A stretch of DNA of 62,928 bases, counting the filler, from Perkinsus chesapeaki ATCC PRA-425 (taxonomy: Eukaryota; Protista; Perkinsozoa), in the NCBI GenBank assembly GCA_013115145.1. It is 14 parts of 14 records of this genome, joined end to end, with 100 filler letters (N's around TTAATTAATTAA, not from the genome) between each part and the next. Parts side by side here need not be neighbours in the genome. Positions count along the whole stretch, not along the records: positions 58,544 to 62,928 come from JAAPAO010001270.1; 13 more parts are not named here. One strand, given 5' to 3'. Positions 60,843-62,928 of the stretch are shown piece after piece; within the stretch, counting starts at the first letter, position 1; the number at the start of each line of letters is the position of its first letter. A program made the position numbers and the translations under genes. The notes beneath the pieces were generated by a model, which was given only the letters and a program-made list of their open reading frames with translations, did not search any database and was not told where the DNA came from.

Positions 60843-62928
60843 AATTGCGCTGTCTACTATAGGTATCTCGCTAGGGCACTACAATCCACAAAGGCCTTCT
60901 CAATGCCTCCACACATCCTGAGAATGAATATAATGTACGTACGCGCCGAAGGCGAGCATTTTTCCAAACCTTCAAGTTCCTCAATACCAAAGAAAGATGT
61001 AAAATGGCTCACGTCGATAGTCGGTTCCCAATATTAAGGCAAGATGAGGAACTCACCAATGACGATGTATCTAACCGCAGTAGCGAATTGCTTGCTACTT
61101 GCTACTAGCAAGTGCCCTGCGGGTTTCGTTAATCCTTCGCCATTATCCAATACATGAAGTATTTCGAAGTAAAACCGACCCACATTCCGACTACGTATCG
61201 CGTGACACGTACGCAGGCCCATTGGTTAAGCCAATTTGGTTTCGGTCTCACGTTTACCGGTGCCTTTTGCGAACCCCCACCCTCCAAAGCCACCCTTTAG
61301 TGAGCCTTCATTATGAAGGCTTCATATAGGAAAGAATCATCTCGTCTAATGGATAATGATAGCGGTGTGTGTGCCCTATGTGCATTCTTGTGTGCGACGC
61401 ACACTGTGCGTGACACTACGGAGACAGTCTGTTGTGCCACAGGGATAGGAATTGTAGGAATTGTGGAAAGCCACCGTTATTGTCGCTGCTTTTCGCCCTA
61501 AGTTGGAGGTTCATTTTAACTTCAATAGATCTACTGCTGGCTTATATTGGGGGAATGTTGCCTCTAAAGAATCCGATTTCGGTATAGGCCCTGTAGTACA
61601 GGGTAATTGCTTCACCAATATTCATATGGGAATCATGTTTAAAGCCCAATAGTAACCGATTCCCAATGAATAGTTAGAAATGTTCTAGGAACACGTCCCC
61701 TACTTCGAAATGCGTAGTCAGCGGTTCGGCAGCGGCCCTGCTGCTGAAACTCTGGCAATCATTCATGCCGCCTGAGTAACGCGACTAAGACCCCAATTCA
61801 ACTGTCAAATCAATGTTGCTCAGCAGCTGAGGCGATTCCAGACGTTCCGCCTTGGGGATAGCCATGTCCTGTGAGCGACGAATGAACAAATAACAGAACG
61901 GCCACCTCTCGCAGTCTGTTGACTGATAACTTCGCACTGGTCACCTAAATACGGCCAGAAGTTCGTGATATATCGTTTATCTCAGTCAACAAAGTGTCTG
62001 CACGTTTCGGTCTCGAGCCATGTATTCAGTGAATACTATTCACCCCAGATGGATTCCCCCATCGAAGGTTTTCGTTTATTGCGCGCTCGTTTGCTGTATA
62101 ATATACATATACAGTGTATATCGGAGCATCTATTGTGCATGCGTGCACGACTGAAAAATATTCAGTGAAAATCCTCCTGCAAAAATAGAAGTAAGAAAGC
62201 TTCGTTGACCCCCTTCTGAACTTGCGTCCATCATTATAATAATGTTGTGAATGTTTAATGCTCAGAATTCGAGTTCGTTAGTGCGGAGTCACTCAAGTTT
62301 CGCCCACCAAAGCATTGATCCCATTCACACAATCATGTATCACTTCTGTTGTTTGAACCAGAGTGGTTATCAATGAGGCTTAGAGTTACCGGCAAAAGTC
62401 ACCAGATAAACAAGATCAACTGAGAGCATTACTCTCAAAGCAACCGCATCACCCTGCATGTTTCAGCGCAATGCCAAGGTGGATTTCCTGCGGGAATATT
62501 CGGAAAAAAATTTACCTCCGCGCGAACAAATGAAAGACTCGACAGGGACCACTTTACAACATCAAACTTAACTTGAGTGAAAGCTCATACATGGAAATAT
62601 GTTTTACATTGCTCTCGTCACGAGCCTCGTGCTGACCAAATTCCGTGGCGCTTTGAAGGAAGAATTTATGGCGCCAAGTTTGCGTTCACGCACGAACTGA
62701 GGGATTCGATTCCAACCAGTACAGGCACCAGAAGCATGCATTGAAAAACGACGAACCTTCATGCAGTCCACCTTACGAGGTAAAATATTGGGAGTCCAGC
62801 CGCATAGATTCTTCTTAGATTATGCCAGCTATCCTAATAGGGCCACTGACGAACAAGTGTCGCTTTTCGTCCCGTGATTTTCGATCGTCCGCCATTGTGC
62901 GCTGCTTGCACCATTGTACATAGGTGCC

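Overview
Repeat-dense eukaryotic assembly, most likely Perkinsus (Alveolata). Support: a 19-nt exact match to the Perkinsus-type spliced leader at 35150-35168, genes with many short GT-AG introns, and a very AT-rich mitochondrion-like contig. The window is about 15 pieces joined by 13 artificial 100-bp N-TTAATTAATTAA-N linkers plus one plain N gap, so adjacency across gaps is not evidence. Host genes: plant-type fatty acid amide hydrolase, RING-H2 membrane E3, two paralogous small secreted proteins, a GPI/mucin-like protein, KRR1, an SCP2-type thiolase, UNC93-like MFS fragments and a pepsin-like protease fragment. Mobile DNA dominates. It includes (i) an intact 5,965-bp tyrosine-recombinase (Ngaro/PAT-type, split direct repeat) retrotransposon; (ii) a family of roughly 0.8-1.1 kb non-autonomous TIR elements with subterminal TCRTACAC arrays, several 15-bp phased; (iii) a full-length degenerate APE-RT-RNaseH LINE with an 11-bp TSD in a tRNA-like B-box; (iv) several Ty3/Gypsy remnants; and (v) a second YR gene. 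Best candidate for an undescribed system: the YR retrotransposon's crossover core (TACACT) matches the subterminal motif of the TIR family, and the element sits in such a motif, suggesting a retroelement that targets DNA-transposon ends. Also notable: an SL relic upstream of a gag gene, and a 4.7-kb palindrome carrying GC-clamped stem-loops.
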